DNA from: Promethearchaeota archaeon
Lineage (GTDB): Archaea; Asgardarchaeota; Lokiarchaeia; Sigyniarchaeales; SOKP01
NCBI GenBank assembly: GCA_030599585.1
Contig: JAUVNS010000009.1
Coordinates: forward strand, 1 to 64,000
DNA length: 64,000 nt
Direction of reading: 5' to 3'
Part shown: piece by piece, positions 20,342 to 30,406 of the stretch
Layout of the letters: each line of letters starts with the position of its first letter
How positions within the stretch are numbered: position 1 is the stretch's first letter
Translations under genes and position numbers: made by a program
The notes under the pieces: generated by a model
What the model was told of the DNA's origin: nothing
The model's input: the letters and a program-made list of their open reading frames with translations, nothing else
Databases searched by the model: none

Positions 20342-21286
20342 ATGACAACTAATCCTCACCAATCAAAAGAATTTAAACTTGTTATTGCGGGGCTAGATAA
20401 TGCTGGCAAAACGAGCGCTTTGATAGCTCTTAGGCAGAAGTACAACTTTTATGAGCGAGTTAAAAACCTAAAGCCAACGATTAAGATCGATTATAGTTCG
20501 TTTAAATTCCTCAATACATATCGAATTAATCTTTGGGATATGGGTGGCCAAAAAAAGTTCAGAAAAATCTATTTAACCAATCCAGTATATTTTTATGAGA
20601 CAGATTACATTTATTACCTAATTGACGTTCAAGATGAGCTTAAATTTAAAGAATCAGTGGAATATCTCCACGAGTTGTTAGATATTTATAGAGAACTTAA
20701 TTACGCAAACGAAGTAATAATTTGTTTCAATAAATTCGATCCAAAGTTCAAGAACGACGAAGATTATTTGGATCGAGCCAAAATGGTAACTAATCTAATA
20801 TTGTCGCAAAATAATGATATCAAGTTTAAATTCTTTAACACCTCTTATTACGATATTTCGTCGATCTCTCAAGCATTTTCTTACTCTCTGAATACTATGT
20901 TGCATTTAAAAGAAATCGACGCAGTTTTAAACAGATTCGTTAACAACTATAGTTGTAATTATGCAATACTATATACTGACACGGGTCTAATAATCTCAGA
21001 TCATTATATGGACGTTATGGATAGCCGGGAGTTCGAAGAGAAAATAAGTAATAAACTTAACGATGATCTTGAGTTTTTTCAGAGGATTAAAGACGAAAAA
21101 GTAGATATAAGCGATCGCACGGTATTTTCTAACGCTAAAACCTTTTACGTACGAAAATTTTTAGTAGAAATCGAGACCGTTGAAAATGTATTCTATGTGG
21201 GAATAAGCGCTCTTCGTAATAATTTTAGGGCAATAAAGAACGAATTAAACAATTTTCAGAGCATATTACTAAGAAACCTAGTCTAA
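20342..21286 (+). CDS. Arf/Rag-like small GTPase with C-terminal roadblock/longin-like domain
   Basis: GLDNAGKT, WDMGGQ, NKFD, TSYYD; same architecture as 9426-10391. Confidence 0.85.
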   Translation: MTTNPHQSKEFKLVIAGLDNAGKTSALIALRQKYNFYERVKNLKPTIKIDYSSFKFLNTYRINLWDMGGQKKFRKIYLTNPVYFYETDYIYYLIDVQDELKFKESVEYLHELLDIYRELNYANEVIICFNKFDPKFKNDEDYLDRAKMVTNLILSQNNDIKFKFFNTSYYDISSISQAFSYSLNTMLHLKEIDAVLNRFVNNYSCNYAILYTDTGLIISDHYMDVMDSREFEEKISNKLNDDLEFFQRIKDEKVDISDRTVFSNAKTFYVRKFLVEIETVENVFYVGISALRNNFRAIKNELNNFQSILLRNLV

Positions 21287-21506
21287 AAACTATGGAAAAT
21301 AGATATTTTCACATTCGTTTTCAGAAAAGAAAATGAGCGTTAGGTAAGTTATAACTCCCTCTATTTCCTTAACCGTCACTGCTAATTGAACAAATTAAAG
21401 TAATATATTATAGATTTTTAATAGTGAAAATTATTTTTACAACTAAGAAAGAAAGGTTTATTTAAACAAACAAAACATTTTTCTGAAGTATGGTGTTACT
21501 TTTTAT

Positions 21507-22394
21507 ATGGCTTTACAAAAAATGACTGCTCAAAAAATAATTGAGAAGAAAAAAAAAGGAGAAAAAATAGTAACTATCACTTCTTACGACTATTCGTTTG
21601 CTAAGATCGTTGACGAATGTGGAATTGATTTAATCCTAGTCGGTGATTCTCTTTCTATGGTTATTCTTGGATATAAAAATACATTGACAGTTACGATGGA
21701 AGAAATGATTCACCATACAAAAGCAGTATCTCGTGGAGTTTCAAATGCAATGGTAGTTGCGGATATGCCATTTTTATCTTATAAAATCAATATTCAAGAA
21801 GCTGTTAGGAATGCGGGAAGATTCATTCAGGAATGTGGGGCTGAAGCCGTGAAAGTTGAGGGGGGCATGAAAATTTGTCCCACAATAGAAGCCATGATTG
21901 ATGCTGATATTCAAGTCATGGGGCATATAGGACTTACTCCTCAAGCTATATATGAGTTTGGTGGGTTTTTAGTTCAAGGAAAAACGATAGACGCCGCAAA
22001 AAAACTGATTTTAGACGCAAAAAGCTTAGAAAAATCAGGCGTGTTTTCAATTGTCCTGGAAAGCATTCCTTGGCAAATAGCCAAATTAATCACTAAATCG
22101 ATTGACATTCCAACTATAGGAATTGGAGCTGGTTCTTACTGTGACGGTCAAATTTTAGTGATTAACGATATGTTAGGGCTTTTTACCGACTTCAAACCTA
22201 AATTTATTAAATATTTTGGAGATGTGGGAAAATCCGTCCGAAACGCATTGTTTAACTATAAAAACGACGTAGAAAAAGGGCTTTATCCCGATAGAGAGCA
22301 CTCATACGAATTTCCCCATGAATCGTTAGAACAAATTAACGATTGGTTTGAAAATGTTGACATCGAAGAAGAGACTAACAAGAGAGAACAATAA
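21507..22394 (+). CDS. panB: 3-methyl-2-oxobutanoate hydroxymethyltransferase
   Basis: TSYDY, LVGDSL, DMPFLSY, VKVEGG, GHIGLTPQ, GIGAG...DGQILV. Confidence 0.96.
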   Translation: MALQKMTAQKIIEKKKKGEKIVTITSYDYSFAKIVDECGIDLILVGDSLSMVILGYKNTLTVTMEEMIHHTKAVSRGVSNAMVVADMPFLSYKINIQEAVRNAGRFIQECGAEAVKVEGGMKICPTIEAMIDADIQVMGHIGLTPQAIYEFGGFLVQGKTIDAAKKLILDAKSLEKSGVFSIVLESIPWQIAKLITKSIDIPTIGIGAGSYCDGQILVINDMLGLFTDFKPKFIKYFGDVGKSVRNALFNYKNDVEKGLYPDREHSYEFPHESLEQINDWFENVDIEEETNKREQ

Positions 22395-22667
22395 TACCAT
22401 ACCTTCCAGCTAATATAAAAAATCTCTGTTGAAATCGTTTGTTAAAGGATCGTTAAAAATTTATAAATATTTAATAAGTAGAAGATTCTAAAATTCTCTT
22501 ATAAAGTACCATACAACCACAGATGCCCACACTTAATATAGAAAATATGAATTATAATATCCAAAAGTATAATTAAATAAATTTTTATTAATAATAATAA
22601 TATAAGAACTTTGATTAGTATCTAAATTTCTAATACAAAAACCGAATAAAGTAATGGAAGAATTGAA

Positions 22668-24431
22668 ATGGCTGAAGAATACGATTACCTTTTTAAATCT
22701 ATCGTGGTAGGAGATGGTGGTGTCGGTAAAACAGCACTTACACTCCGATTTTCGAAAGGCTTTTTTACTGAAGATTATAAAATGACGATCGGTGTTGATT
22801 TCCACGTAAAAACGATCTCAATTGATACTCTTGAAGGCCCGATCAAATGTAAACTCCAACTCTGGGATACCGGCGGTCAAGAACGATTTAGTTCTATAAG
22901 ACCCATGTATTATAGAGGATCACTCGGTTCAATCCTCGTCTTCGATCTTACGAATTCTGCAAGTTTTGAACATTTACCACAGTGGATCGAAGAAGTCAGG
23001 GCTAACATAAAATCTGATATACCTGTATTACTAATTGGCAATAAAAGCGATTTAACTGACCAAAGGGCTGTTTCAATTGAAGAAATTAACAATTTTACAA
23101 GAGATTTTAACTTATATTATATGGAGACGTCTGCTAAAACGGGTGACGGCGTCGGAGATTGTTTTTACATTCTCGCTTGCTTGATGATAGGACAAGGAGT
23201 TCCTGACCAATTAATCGATAGCACAACCGTTTTCGCTCCAGGACAGATTATTATAGGAAGTGAACCCATCGAAAAGCCAGAAGTTCAACCTACAATACCT
23301 CAAAAAGCGTTGTCAGCACCATCGGTTCCGGAACCAGTCCCAATTAACACCCAACAAAAACCCGAACCCGAACTTGAATATGAAGCACCTCCAGTACCAG
23401 AACCAAAAATAACGTACCCGAAAGAACCCACACCTAGTTTTGAACCCGAACCCGAGCTTGAATATGAAGCTCCCCCAGTACCAGAGCCTGCTTCTGTGTT
23501 TCGACCTCCAGCTAATCCAGAAATTTTTACACCCGAACCAACAGACATAGAATTTAAAACGCCTGATCAGATTATAGCTGAGAAATCTCAGCCTCCAGAA
23601 CAAGATAGCGAATCTTATAAACCAAAAACTATACCTTTTACATCAAATGTTCCAATCCCGGCACCTACTCCTAAAGAATTTCAAACACGGAAAACAGAAA
23701 AACCCACGGAGAGTTCTTCAATTCAAACTCCATTCCGCGTCACGGAAAGAGAAGATTCACCTAAACCACGACCTGCATCTATGACAATTGAACAAACCCC
23801 CCAACCACAACAAGAAATAGTTGTTGAGCCGCCATTTTTTCAAGACTCCGCTTCCCAACCTGCATCTTCTGAATCGTTAGTCGACTACATGCCCCAAACA
23901 ATGATATCTAAAAAAGAAATGAAAAAATTAGCTAAAGAAAAAAAGAAAGAAGAGAAGGAAAACGCAAAAATCGAAAAAGAAAAGAAAAATTCTAATAAAC
24001 GAGAGAAACAAGGGGAGCTATTTGAAGCGATGAAGACATCAAAAAAAAGTAAAAAACAAAAAAAGGTTGATGGTGACGGTGAGATACCCGAACAGATGTC
24101 GCCTCAAGTATCTCCGAGTTCCGAAACCAGTTCATTGTTCCAAGCTTTAACTAAAAGAACGGAAGAAATCCCAGCGGAAAGTAGCGCATCCTTATTTCCT
24201 TTTACAGCTACAAAAAGGGTTGACGAAGAAGAGAAATCTAAATTACGAATAATTCCTAACGTAGCAGATATAGATAGCAATTTCACATCGTTCACAGCAA
24301 TTACATCCTCTCATTCCGTGCAAGAAGAAAAACAAAAAGAGAAGAAAAAAGATCTACTAATTTGCGAACAATGCGGAACAATGTTATCTTCCGATTACGC
24401 TTATTGTAATAAATGCGGTAATAAACTCTAA
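22668..24431 (+). CDS. Rab-like GTPase with long Pro/Glu-rich disordered tail and C-terminal zinc ribbon
   Basis: YDYLFK, GDGGVGKT, IGVDF, WDTGGQERF, YYRG, NKSD, ETSAK; CEQC...CNKC at the C-terminus. Confidence 0.9.
   Translation: MAEEYDYLFKSIVVGDGGVGKTALTLRFSKGFFTEDYKMTIGVDFHVKTISIDTLEGPIKCKLQLWDTGGQERFSSIRPMYYRGSLGSILVFDLTNSASFEHLPQWIEEVRANIKSDIPVLLIGNKSDLTDQRAVSIEEINNFTRDFNLYYMETSAKTGDGVGDCFYILACLMIGQGVPDQLIDSTTVFAPGQIIIGSEPIEKPEVQPTIPQKALSAPSVPEPVPINTQQKPEPELEYEAPPVPEPKITYPKEPTPSFEPEPELEYEAPPVPEPASVFRPPANPEIFTPEPTDIEFKTPDQIIAEKSQPPEQDSESYKPKTIPFTSNVPIPAPTPKEFQTRKTEKPTESSSIQTPFRVTEREDSPKPRPASMTIEQTPQPQQEIVVEPPFFQDSASQPASSESLVDYMPQTMISKKEMKKLAKEKKKEEKENAKIEKEKKNSNKREKQGELFEAMKTSKKSKKQKKVDGDGEIPEQMSPQVSPSSETSSLFQALTKRTEEIPAESSASLFPFTATKRVDEEEKSKLRIIPNVADIDSNFTSFTAITSSHSVQEEKQKEKKKDLLICEQCGTMLSSDYAYCNKCGNKL
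23361..23488 (+). repeat. Intragenic duplication encoding PEPELEYEAPPVPEP twice
   Basis: About 44-nt near-identical copies at 23361-23404 and 23445-23488. Confidence 0.85.
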
Positions 24432-24466
24432 AAACGAGGACTAAACGCTAAATTTTATAATTATAA

Positions 24467-25273
24467 TTAAAGATTTTTACCGCAAATGGGGCATGTGCTC
24501 CACAAATTTTTGATTTTTGATTTACAAAAAGGACAGATTTTCAAATCTGGATCTATCTGAGTTTGAAGAGTTCCAAAAATCGTTGTTGTATCGTCAACAT
24601 GATATTTTTTTGGTTGAGGGGATGGTACATCGTTTTGATTGTTTAAATGAAGTTCAGAGAGTTGGATTGACTCGTCAAAAATTATTTTATCAAGTTCATC
24701 TTCAAGCTCTACATTGGATTTTTCGATACTTTCTGAGTTTTCAGTAGATTGATCCGATACTTTGGAAGGTTTATATTCTGAAGAAGGTGGAACATTTTCA
24801 GTGGAACGACCCTCATCGTTTCCTAAATGTTCCCCAGATAAGCCAACTTTATAACGAAAGTACTTACCGTCGTTATTTTCAACAATTTTTTCACCGTGGG
24901 CTAATAACACTTCAATGTAATAAATGACTACTGCACCTAACGGAACCTCAACTATTTCGGCAATAAAATAATCTAACTGGTTTTCCATCCTCAAGCTATA
25001 CCACGACACACCCTCATCAGCGCTAAAAATTAGTTGTACCCGTTCAAAAGCGTCGTCAAATTCTTCTTCCGTTATTTTTACGACAATTTTAATTGTTTTT
25101 TTCAATACTTCTTTTTTTCCAACAACCAGGTCTGTTTTATCATAGTCCCAAGCGGCACCGCATTTAGGACAATTAGTAAACCAATTAGGGTATTCGTAAT
25201 TACAACCGGTACATGTTTTCGTATAGTATCTCGTTGTTTTTATTCCAAGCTTTTTTTTTTTATCTTTTGCCAT
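24467..25273 (-). CDS. Double zinc-ribbon protein with central beta-sandwich-like domain
   Basis: CTGC...CPKC at the N-terminus, CPFC...CPIC at the C-terminus; beta-rich middle and acidic linker. Confidence 0.7.
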   Translation of the reverse strand: MAKDKKKKLGIKTTRYYTKTCTGCNYEYPNWFTNCPKCGAAWDYDKTDLVVGKKEVLKKTIKIVVKITEEEFDDAFERVQLIFSADEGVSWYSLRMENQLDYFIAEIVEVPLGAVVIYYIEVLLAHGEKIVENNDGKYFRYKVGLSGEHLGNDEGRSTENVPPSSEYKPSKVSDQSTENSESIEKSNVELEDELDKIIFDESIQLSELHLNNQNDVPSPQPKKYHVDDTTTIFGTLQTQIDPDLKICPFCKSKIKNLWSTCPICGKNL

Positions 25274-25391
25274 TCTCTAACTCATTATTAAAGGGGATTT
25301 TAACCCTACATAATTTTATTACATTATTATACCATTGTTTGACTTCTGATATATAATTAACATATATTATAAAATTCTCTAACATTACTTT

Positions 25392-26567
25392 TTATAATTT
25401 TAGTTTTTTTACGATTTTTTCTAAATCAGAACTAAATTCGATTAAATGGTCTCTTTTTACGTGAGGCATAATGACTACTCTCACTAAATTGAACTCTAGA
25501 AATTTTCCTAACATCCATTTGTTGTTACGTAAAGCTTTTTCAACTTCACATATACTTTTCCCACTTTCAGTGGTGATTCCTACTACATTCATAACTGGGT
25601 CAACCGCTAACCTCAAACCATCAATTTCCGATATTCTTTGTACTAGGAACTTTGTATTTTCCATACATTTTTTCACGATTTCCTTAAAGCCATTAACACC
25701 TAAAAGTTTAAGAGTTGCCCAAAACGCTATGATCGGGCTTCCGGGTCTAGTACCAACTATGTGAAAATGTTTAAAATTCCCACCTGCTAAATAGGGAATT
25801 TCAAACCCTGTTTTTTCTAAAATTGAAGCGTCTTTAATGAGATAACCACCTGATGGTATAATTCCTAAGCCCATTTTGTGAGGATCTGCTGTAATTGAAT
25901 CCACGCTTTTTACTGAAAAATCCCAAGCTGGAACAGGATAACCTAACTCCTTTAGAAAAGGTAACACAAATCCACCAAAGGCAGCATCTACGTGAAAAAA
26001 AATGTCTCGTCCTTGGATACATTCGCCTATCTCTTCAATAGGATCAACCAAACCTAAAGAAGTTGTGCCCGCAACACCAACAACAGCGCATGTTTTATCA
26101 TTAACGAGAGATTCTAAATGATTTAAATCTAATTGAAAATTATCAAGAAGATTCACCTTTTTCAACTTAATATTTAGTAAATCTGCTGCTTTATCAAAGG
26201 AAATATGAGCTGAGCGTGGGAGTACAATCTCTGGTTTTTTAATATGAGGGCGTAAATTTCTAGCAATCCGCATTGCTATTAAATTTGCTTCTGATCCCCC
26301 TGTCGTAAACGTACCATAAATATCACTATTACCAAATAATTCACCAATTTCGCGTATTACTTCATCTTCTAATTCAGCAGTGCCTAAAAAAAGCCCAGGA
26401 TCTCCCAAATTTTTAGATATATACTTATTATGTATTTCTTTAGCGATGCTTAAAGGTTCTGAGCACATAGAACCTAAAATTGAGCCAGAATCGTATGATA
26501 AATCCTTTTTTAGCTTTTTTTCAAGCAGTTCAAATATTTTTTGTTTCTCTATCCCTTCTTTTTGCAT
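25392..26567 (-). CDS. mfnA: Tyrosine/L-aspartate decarboxylase MfnA (PLP group II)
   Basis: ILGSMC, NLGDPGLF, GGSEAN, HVDAAFGG, DPHKMG, GTRPG. Confidence 0.92.
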   Translation of the reverse strand: MQKEGIEKQKIFELLEKKLKKDLSYDSGSILGSMCSEPLSIAKEIHNKYISKNLGDPGLFLGTAELEDEVIREIGELFGNSDIYGTFTTGGSEANLIAMRIARNLRPHIKKPEIVLPRSAHISFDKAADLLNIKLKKVNLLDNFQLDLNHLESLVNDKTCAVVGVAGTTSLGLVDPIEEIGECIQGRDIFFHVDAAFGGFVLPFLKELGYPVPAWDFSVKSVDSITADPHKMGLGIIPSGGYLIKDASILEKTGFEIPYLAGGNFKHFHIVGTRPGSPIIAFWATLKLLGVNGFKEIVKKCMENTKFLVQRISEIDGLRLAVDPVMNVVGITTESGKSICEVEKALRNNKWMLGKFLEFNLVRVVIMPHVKRDHLIEFSSDLEKIVKKLKL

Positions 26568-26699
26568 TCTTTACCAATATAAAACAATTTTAATATTAAT
26601 TCTCATATTTCTTAAAAATTAAAAAGCTTAAAAGAATTAAAATTTTACAAAATATGATATGTGAAGTGAGATGAAGTTTTAATAAAATTTTTTGACTCT

Positions 26700-27014
26700 C
26701 TAGAATCTTTTAGAATCTCTTATTGTATATTTTTCAATCACGGCTTCTAATTCGTAGCTAATATCAATTTTATAAGAATTACCGAGACAAATTAAGGCAA
26801 ACATGACATCTGCGAGCTCTCCACCCAAATTTGACGAAATTATATCAGATTTTTTAGGTTTAAAACCTTCTAAATGATTTATTTCCTTTGCAAGTTCCCC
26901 AATTTCTTCTACAATTGCACTAAGCATAGAAAGAGGTGGCCAATATCCTCCGTGATGTGCGATCCAATCATCTATTTTCTTTTGAAATTCTTGTAGTGAA
27001 ATATTTTTAGTCAT
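26700..27014 (-). CDS. MazG-like nucleotide pyrophosphohydrolase (YpjD-like)
   Basis: GYWPPLS, EEIGELAKEIN, ELADV, RDSKRF. Confidence 0.85.
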   Translation of the reverse strand: MTKNISLQEFQKKIDDWIAHHGGYWPPLSMLSAIVEEIGELAKEINHLEGFKPKKSDIISSNLGGELADVMFALICLGNSYKIDISYELEAVIEKYTIRDSKRF

Positions 27015-27057
27015 ACTTAGAATAATATTTAAAAGTATATAAAAAAATCAAAATAAA

Positions 27058-29196
27058 TTATGTAATCAGATGTTCTCGTTTTCTCGCTTCCCATTCGGCT
27101 TTTTTACCAGGGTTATATCTATCTACTTCGCTATAATACCCCGTAACTCTAGAGTATACTTTTACATCGGTAGAATTGCATTGAGGACATGTGAAACTAC
27201 CACCTCGAAACATCTTTCTACAATGAGGGCAATATGTAAAATCTGGAGTGTAAGCAAAATAAGCCGTATTTGTATTAAGACATATGTTTTTAGTAAGTTC
27301 CCACAAACTGTTTATGTCTGGTTTTTGCTCTCCAAGCCATATATGAGTTATAACGCCACCTTCGACAATAGGATGATAGTCTGCTTGCAATTGTATTCTT
27401 TTTGACAATGGTATGTCAGCGTCGTAACGGATATGATCTGAATTTGTGTAATATGCAGACACTCCATTTGATTGAGGTATAGCTTTTTTGGGGAAATGCT
27501 TTAAATCTAATCTTGCTAGCCTATTCGATGTCGATTCGGAGGGCTGTTCCCATAAAGAGTAAGAAATACCGTCTCTCTCTGTCATGGAATTACACTTAGC
27601 GACCATATATTCTAATATTCTCCTCCCGAAATCGTATGCAGTAGTATTTTCGTGCAGCTCAAAACCTGTAAGACTTTTTACCGCTTCGTTTAGACCCGTG
27701 AAACCTACGGAGAGGTTTTGGCTTTTTAAGTTAAAAATCGGTCGACCATTGATTTCTCCACTACATAAAGGCAAGTGGCCCGATTTAAGACGTTTTTCTA
27801 TTAATTTCCATTTTTTCCTCAAAATTCTAGCCGAAAGTTCCATGTTTTCTTCTAAAACCCTAAAATAATCCCCTTCATCCTTAGAAATATAAGCATAGCG
27901 AGGTAAATTTAGGCTAACGCTTTGTAGTGAACCGATGGATACGTAATTTTCCCATACATTAGATGTTTTTCTCTCTTCAGGGTCTAACACGCACTTTTCT
28001 ATAATTTGGTTTCCGCTTAGGAATTTCCGACAACATTGGCTATGAATTTCGTCTGGCATCCACTCGGGGCACATATTAAGAAAATAAGGAGTACCCATTT
28101 TAGCTACTTCTTCCATTAATTTTATGTACGACGGTTCAAATTCTTTAAGCCACGCTTTTTTGATTTTCACTTCGTGTTTTGGGAACGCGAATAGCTTTCC
28201 GTCGCTATCTCCATGGATATACACATCTGTGAGGGCGTCAAAAAGTTTAAGGCATTCGCTCTTATAATCTCCATATCGCCCATAAAGCTTTCCATGTGGA
28301 CCAACTGCAGGTATGTCTAACAAACCATCAGGAACGGTCGGAGTACACGAAATAGAAGTGAAAGGTACTTGACCGCCTCGTGCCGCAAATATTTGGTTAG
28401 TTTCAAAAATTAAACATTGCATTGATTGCTCGATTTCTCTTTGTGAGAGTCCTTTTGCGTAAGGCGCAAGAAATGTCGTTATATAATCGTATCCTTGACC
28501 CCCACTAAATTCGCCCTGAATCGTCCCTAACCACTTTGCCAAGTGAGTTACAGCCACTCTCAAACTACCTGCGGGACCAGACTTACTACAATGTGCCCAA
28601 CTAGTAACGGGAGGAAGTCCGTGCTCGAGAACCATGCGCGGATCCCATTCCATGCAAAATGGGCGTAAATCAAAATATCTTAGCATGTGGACGTGTAAAT
28701 TGCCATACAAGTGAGCGTGAGCTTCTTCTGAGTCTAATATTCTTAATAGAGCGTATTCTTCAGAGATTCTATTAGCAGCCCAATGATGAATACTTTCAGG
28801 ATTCATGTCTTGATTGGCATTTTCGTTTACACCCTTTTCTAATATAGCTTCGTAATCCATTAAAGGCATTCCTATTCTTGTATATAACTTCCTTTCATCT
28901 TCATAGTGCTGTTCAGATAAAATTGAACATACAATTTCTCTTATATGTGGACCTGAGAGAAAACTAATGCTAGAAGATATAATCCTTCTGACCACTAATT
29001 CAGTAATTTGATCTGCAGATTTTTGATCCAATCCGGTCTCTTTCATAATACTTTGTTTTATTTTTAATGGGTCAAAAGGCACGACATCGCCTTCCGTTCG
29101 GGAGACGTTTGGTAGTAAATTTTTTAGAAAACCACTTTCAAGGCCTTTTTCTTCTTTCCTTGTATCAGATTCTGGAGTTAATATCATATTAATCAT
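27058..29196 (-). CDS. nrdD: Anaerobic (class III) ribonucleoside-triphosphate reductase
   Basis: N-terminal ATP cone, SQCCR, CPHC...CPQC zinc site, YSRVTGYY glycyl-radical loop. Confidence 0.95.
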   Translation of the reverse strand: MINMILTPESDTRKEEKGLESGFLKNLLPNVSRTEGDVVPFDPLKIKQSIMKETGLDQKSADQITELVVRRIISSSISFLSGPHIREIVCSILSEQHYEDERKLYTRIGMPLMDYEAILEKGVNENANQDMNPESIHHWAANRISEEYALLRILDSEEAHAHLYGNLHVHMLRYFDLRPFCMEWDPRMVLEHGLPPVTSWAHCSKSGPAGSLRVAVTHLAKWLGTIQGEFSGGQGYDYITTFLAPYAKGLSQREIEQSMQCLIFETNQIFAARGGQVPFTSISCTPTVPDGLLDIPAVGPHGKLYGRYGDYKSECLKLFDALTDVYIHGDSDGKLFAFPKHEVKIKKAWLKEFEPSYIKLMEEVAKMGTPYFLNMCPEWMPDEIHSQCCRKFLSGNQIIEKCVLDPEERKTSNVWENYVSIGSLQSVSLNLPRYAYISKDEGDYFRVLEENMELSARILRKKWKLIEKRLKSGHLPLCSGEINGRPIFNLKSQNLSVGFTGLNEAVKSLTGFELHENTTAYDFGRRILEYMVAKCNSMTERDGISYSLWEQPSESTSNRLARLDLKHFPKKAIPQSNGVSAYYTNSDHIRYDADIPLSKRIQLQADYHPIVEGGVITHIWLGEQKPDINSLWELTKNICLNTNTAYFAYTPDFTYCPHCRKMFRGGSFTCPQCNSTDVKVYSRVTGYYSEVDRYNPGKKAEWEARKREHLIT

Positions 29197-29603
29197 TATT
29201 TTTTTTTAGTTTAATATTTCTAAATACGTGATAAAGGTACATGATTAGGTTTAAAGTCTAAAATTTTTGTCGGCGCTATGAACCGAAACAATACCCTTAA
29301 CGAATATTTCTTATCGTTTATACTTTGCCTCTTTTGATATAAAAATGTATTTTTTTTTCCGTTATAAAGTTATTTTATTAATACTTTATTCAAAACCTTA
29401 ATACCCAGCTAGAAAGTTCACAGAAAAAACTCTGTTCCCTTCGAAAATTTCATTCGGGTAATTACTATTCTCGATATTTCACGCTATATATTAAAATTGT
29501 CGTCTTTCCCGATTTTGTAATTTTTCATTGATCTCTACTAGATTTAATAACAATTAACTACGAGTACATTTACAGAAAAAGTTGAAATAATCAAAAATTA
29601 TAC

Positions 29604-29942
29604 GTGTTTACTATGAACAAAAAACCAGTAAATAAAAATTCTGTTAATGCTGTTGAAATGCTACCTGGAATTTACAGGAAGACATTAGTGTATAATAATA
29701 ACATGATGTTGTGTTATTTTTCGTTGGATAAAAATTCGTACGTACCATTGCACTCTCATAAGGAGCATCAAATAGGTTACGTCATAACAGGAAAGTTACG
29801 ATTCGAAACTGAAAAAGGAACTATTGTAGTAGGAGCTGGCGATAGTTATGTTTTTGAATCAAATGAAAAACATGGAGCAACAATCTTAGAAGATTCAGAG
29901 GTTATAGATGTATTTAGTCCTTCAAGAGATGATTATAAGTAG
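29604..29942 (+). CDS. Cupin domain protein
   Basis: PLHSH.EHQ...G.L...GDS...H cupin motifs; DVFSPSRDDY. Confidence 0.85.
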   Translation: MFTMNKKPVNKNSVNAVEMLPGIYRKTLVYNNNMMLCYFSLDKNSYVPLHSHKEHQIGYVITGKLRFETEKGTIVVGAGDSYVFESNEKHGATILEDSEVIDVFSPSRDDYK

Positions 29943-29967
29943 TCGTTCAATCAACAGTAATAGGTAT

Positions 29968-30321
29968 CTACCATTGGTAAGCAGAAACAACTAGAATAGC
30001 GATCACGCAAAACAGAAATTCGCCCTTCAACCAATCAACAAAAAATTTCTTTTTTTGATCTCTATTTTTTTTAATTCTCGATGCGAGAGCAAAACTTATG
30101 GCACTATTCGTTCCAGTGAAAATGATCATGCTAAAACTTGATGCGTCTAGCTGCAGTTCAATCAATCCAAAAATAAAATCAGCAACAAAAAACGCTCCGA
30201 GATATACAAGCAAGATCAGTAAAAAAATCCACCCCGAAAAAAAAATAATTCTTTCGAATTTTAGATCTTCTTCTGACAAGCTCCCAACGGATCTAGTTGA
30301 TTTTTTCTTTACTTTTGACAT
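29968..30321 (-). CDS. Small 3-TM membrane protein
   Basis: Three hydrophobic segments; co-oriented with nac. Confidence 0.6.
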   Translation of the reverse strand: MSKVKKKSTRSVGSLSEEDLKFERIIFFSGWIFLLILLVYLGAFFVADFIFGLIELQLDASSFSMIIFTGTNSAISFALASRIKKNRDQKKKFFVDWLKGEFLFCVIAILVVSAYQW

Positions 30322-30406
30322 ATTGTTTATACCATAGTTCTTATAAAAAATGGAATGGTTTATGATTCTTAATACTTTTTTTTTCTAATGGTAAATGATG
30401 CGAATT

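Noticed and set aside
23300-23603. Minus-strand Gly/Ser-rich and Phe/Trp-rich ORFs
   Set aside because: These are antisense shadows of the Pro-rich Rab tail.
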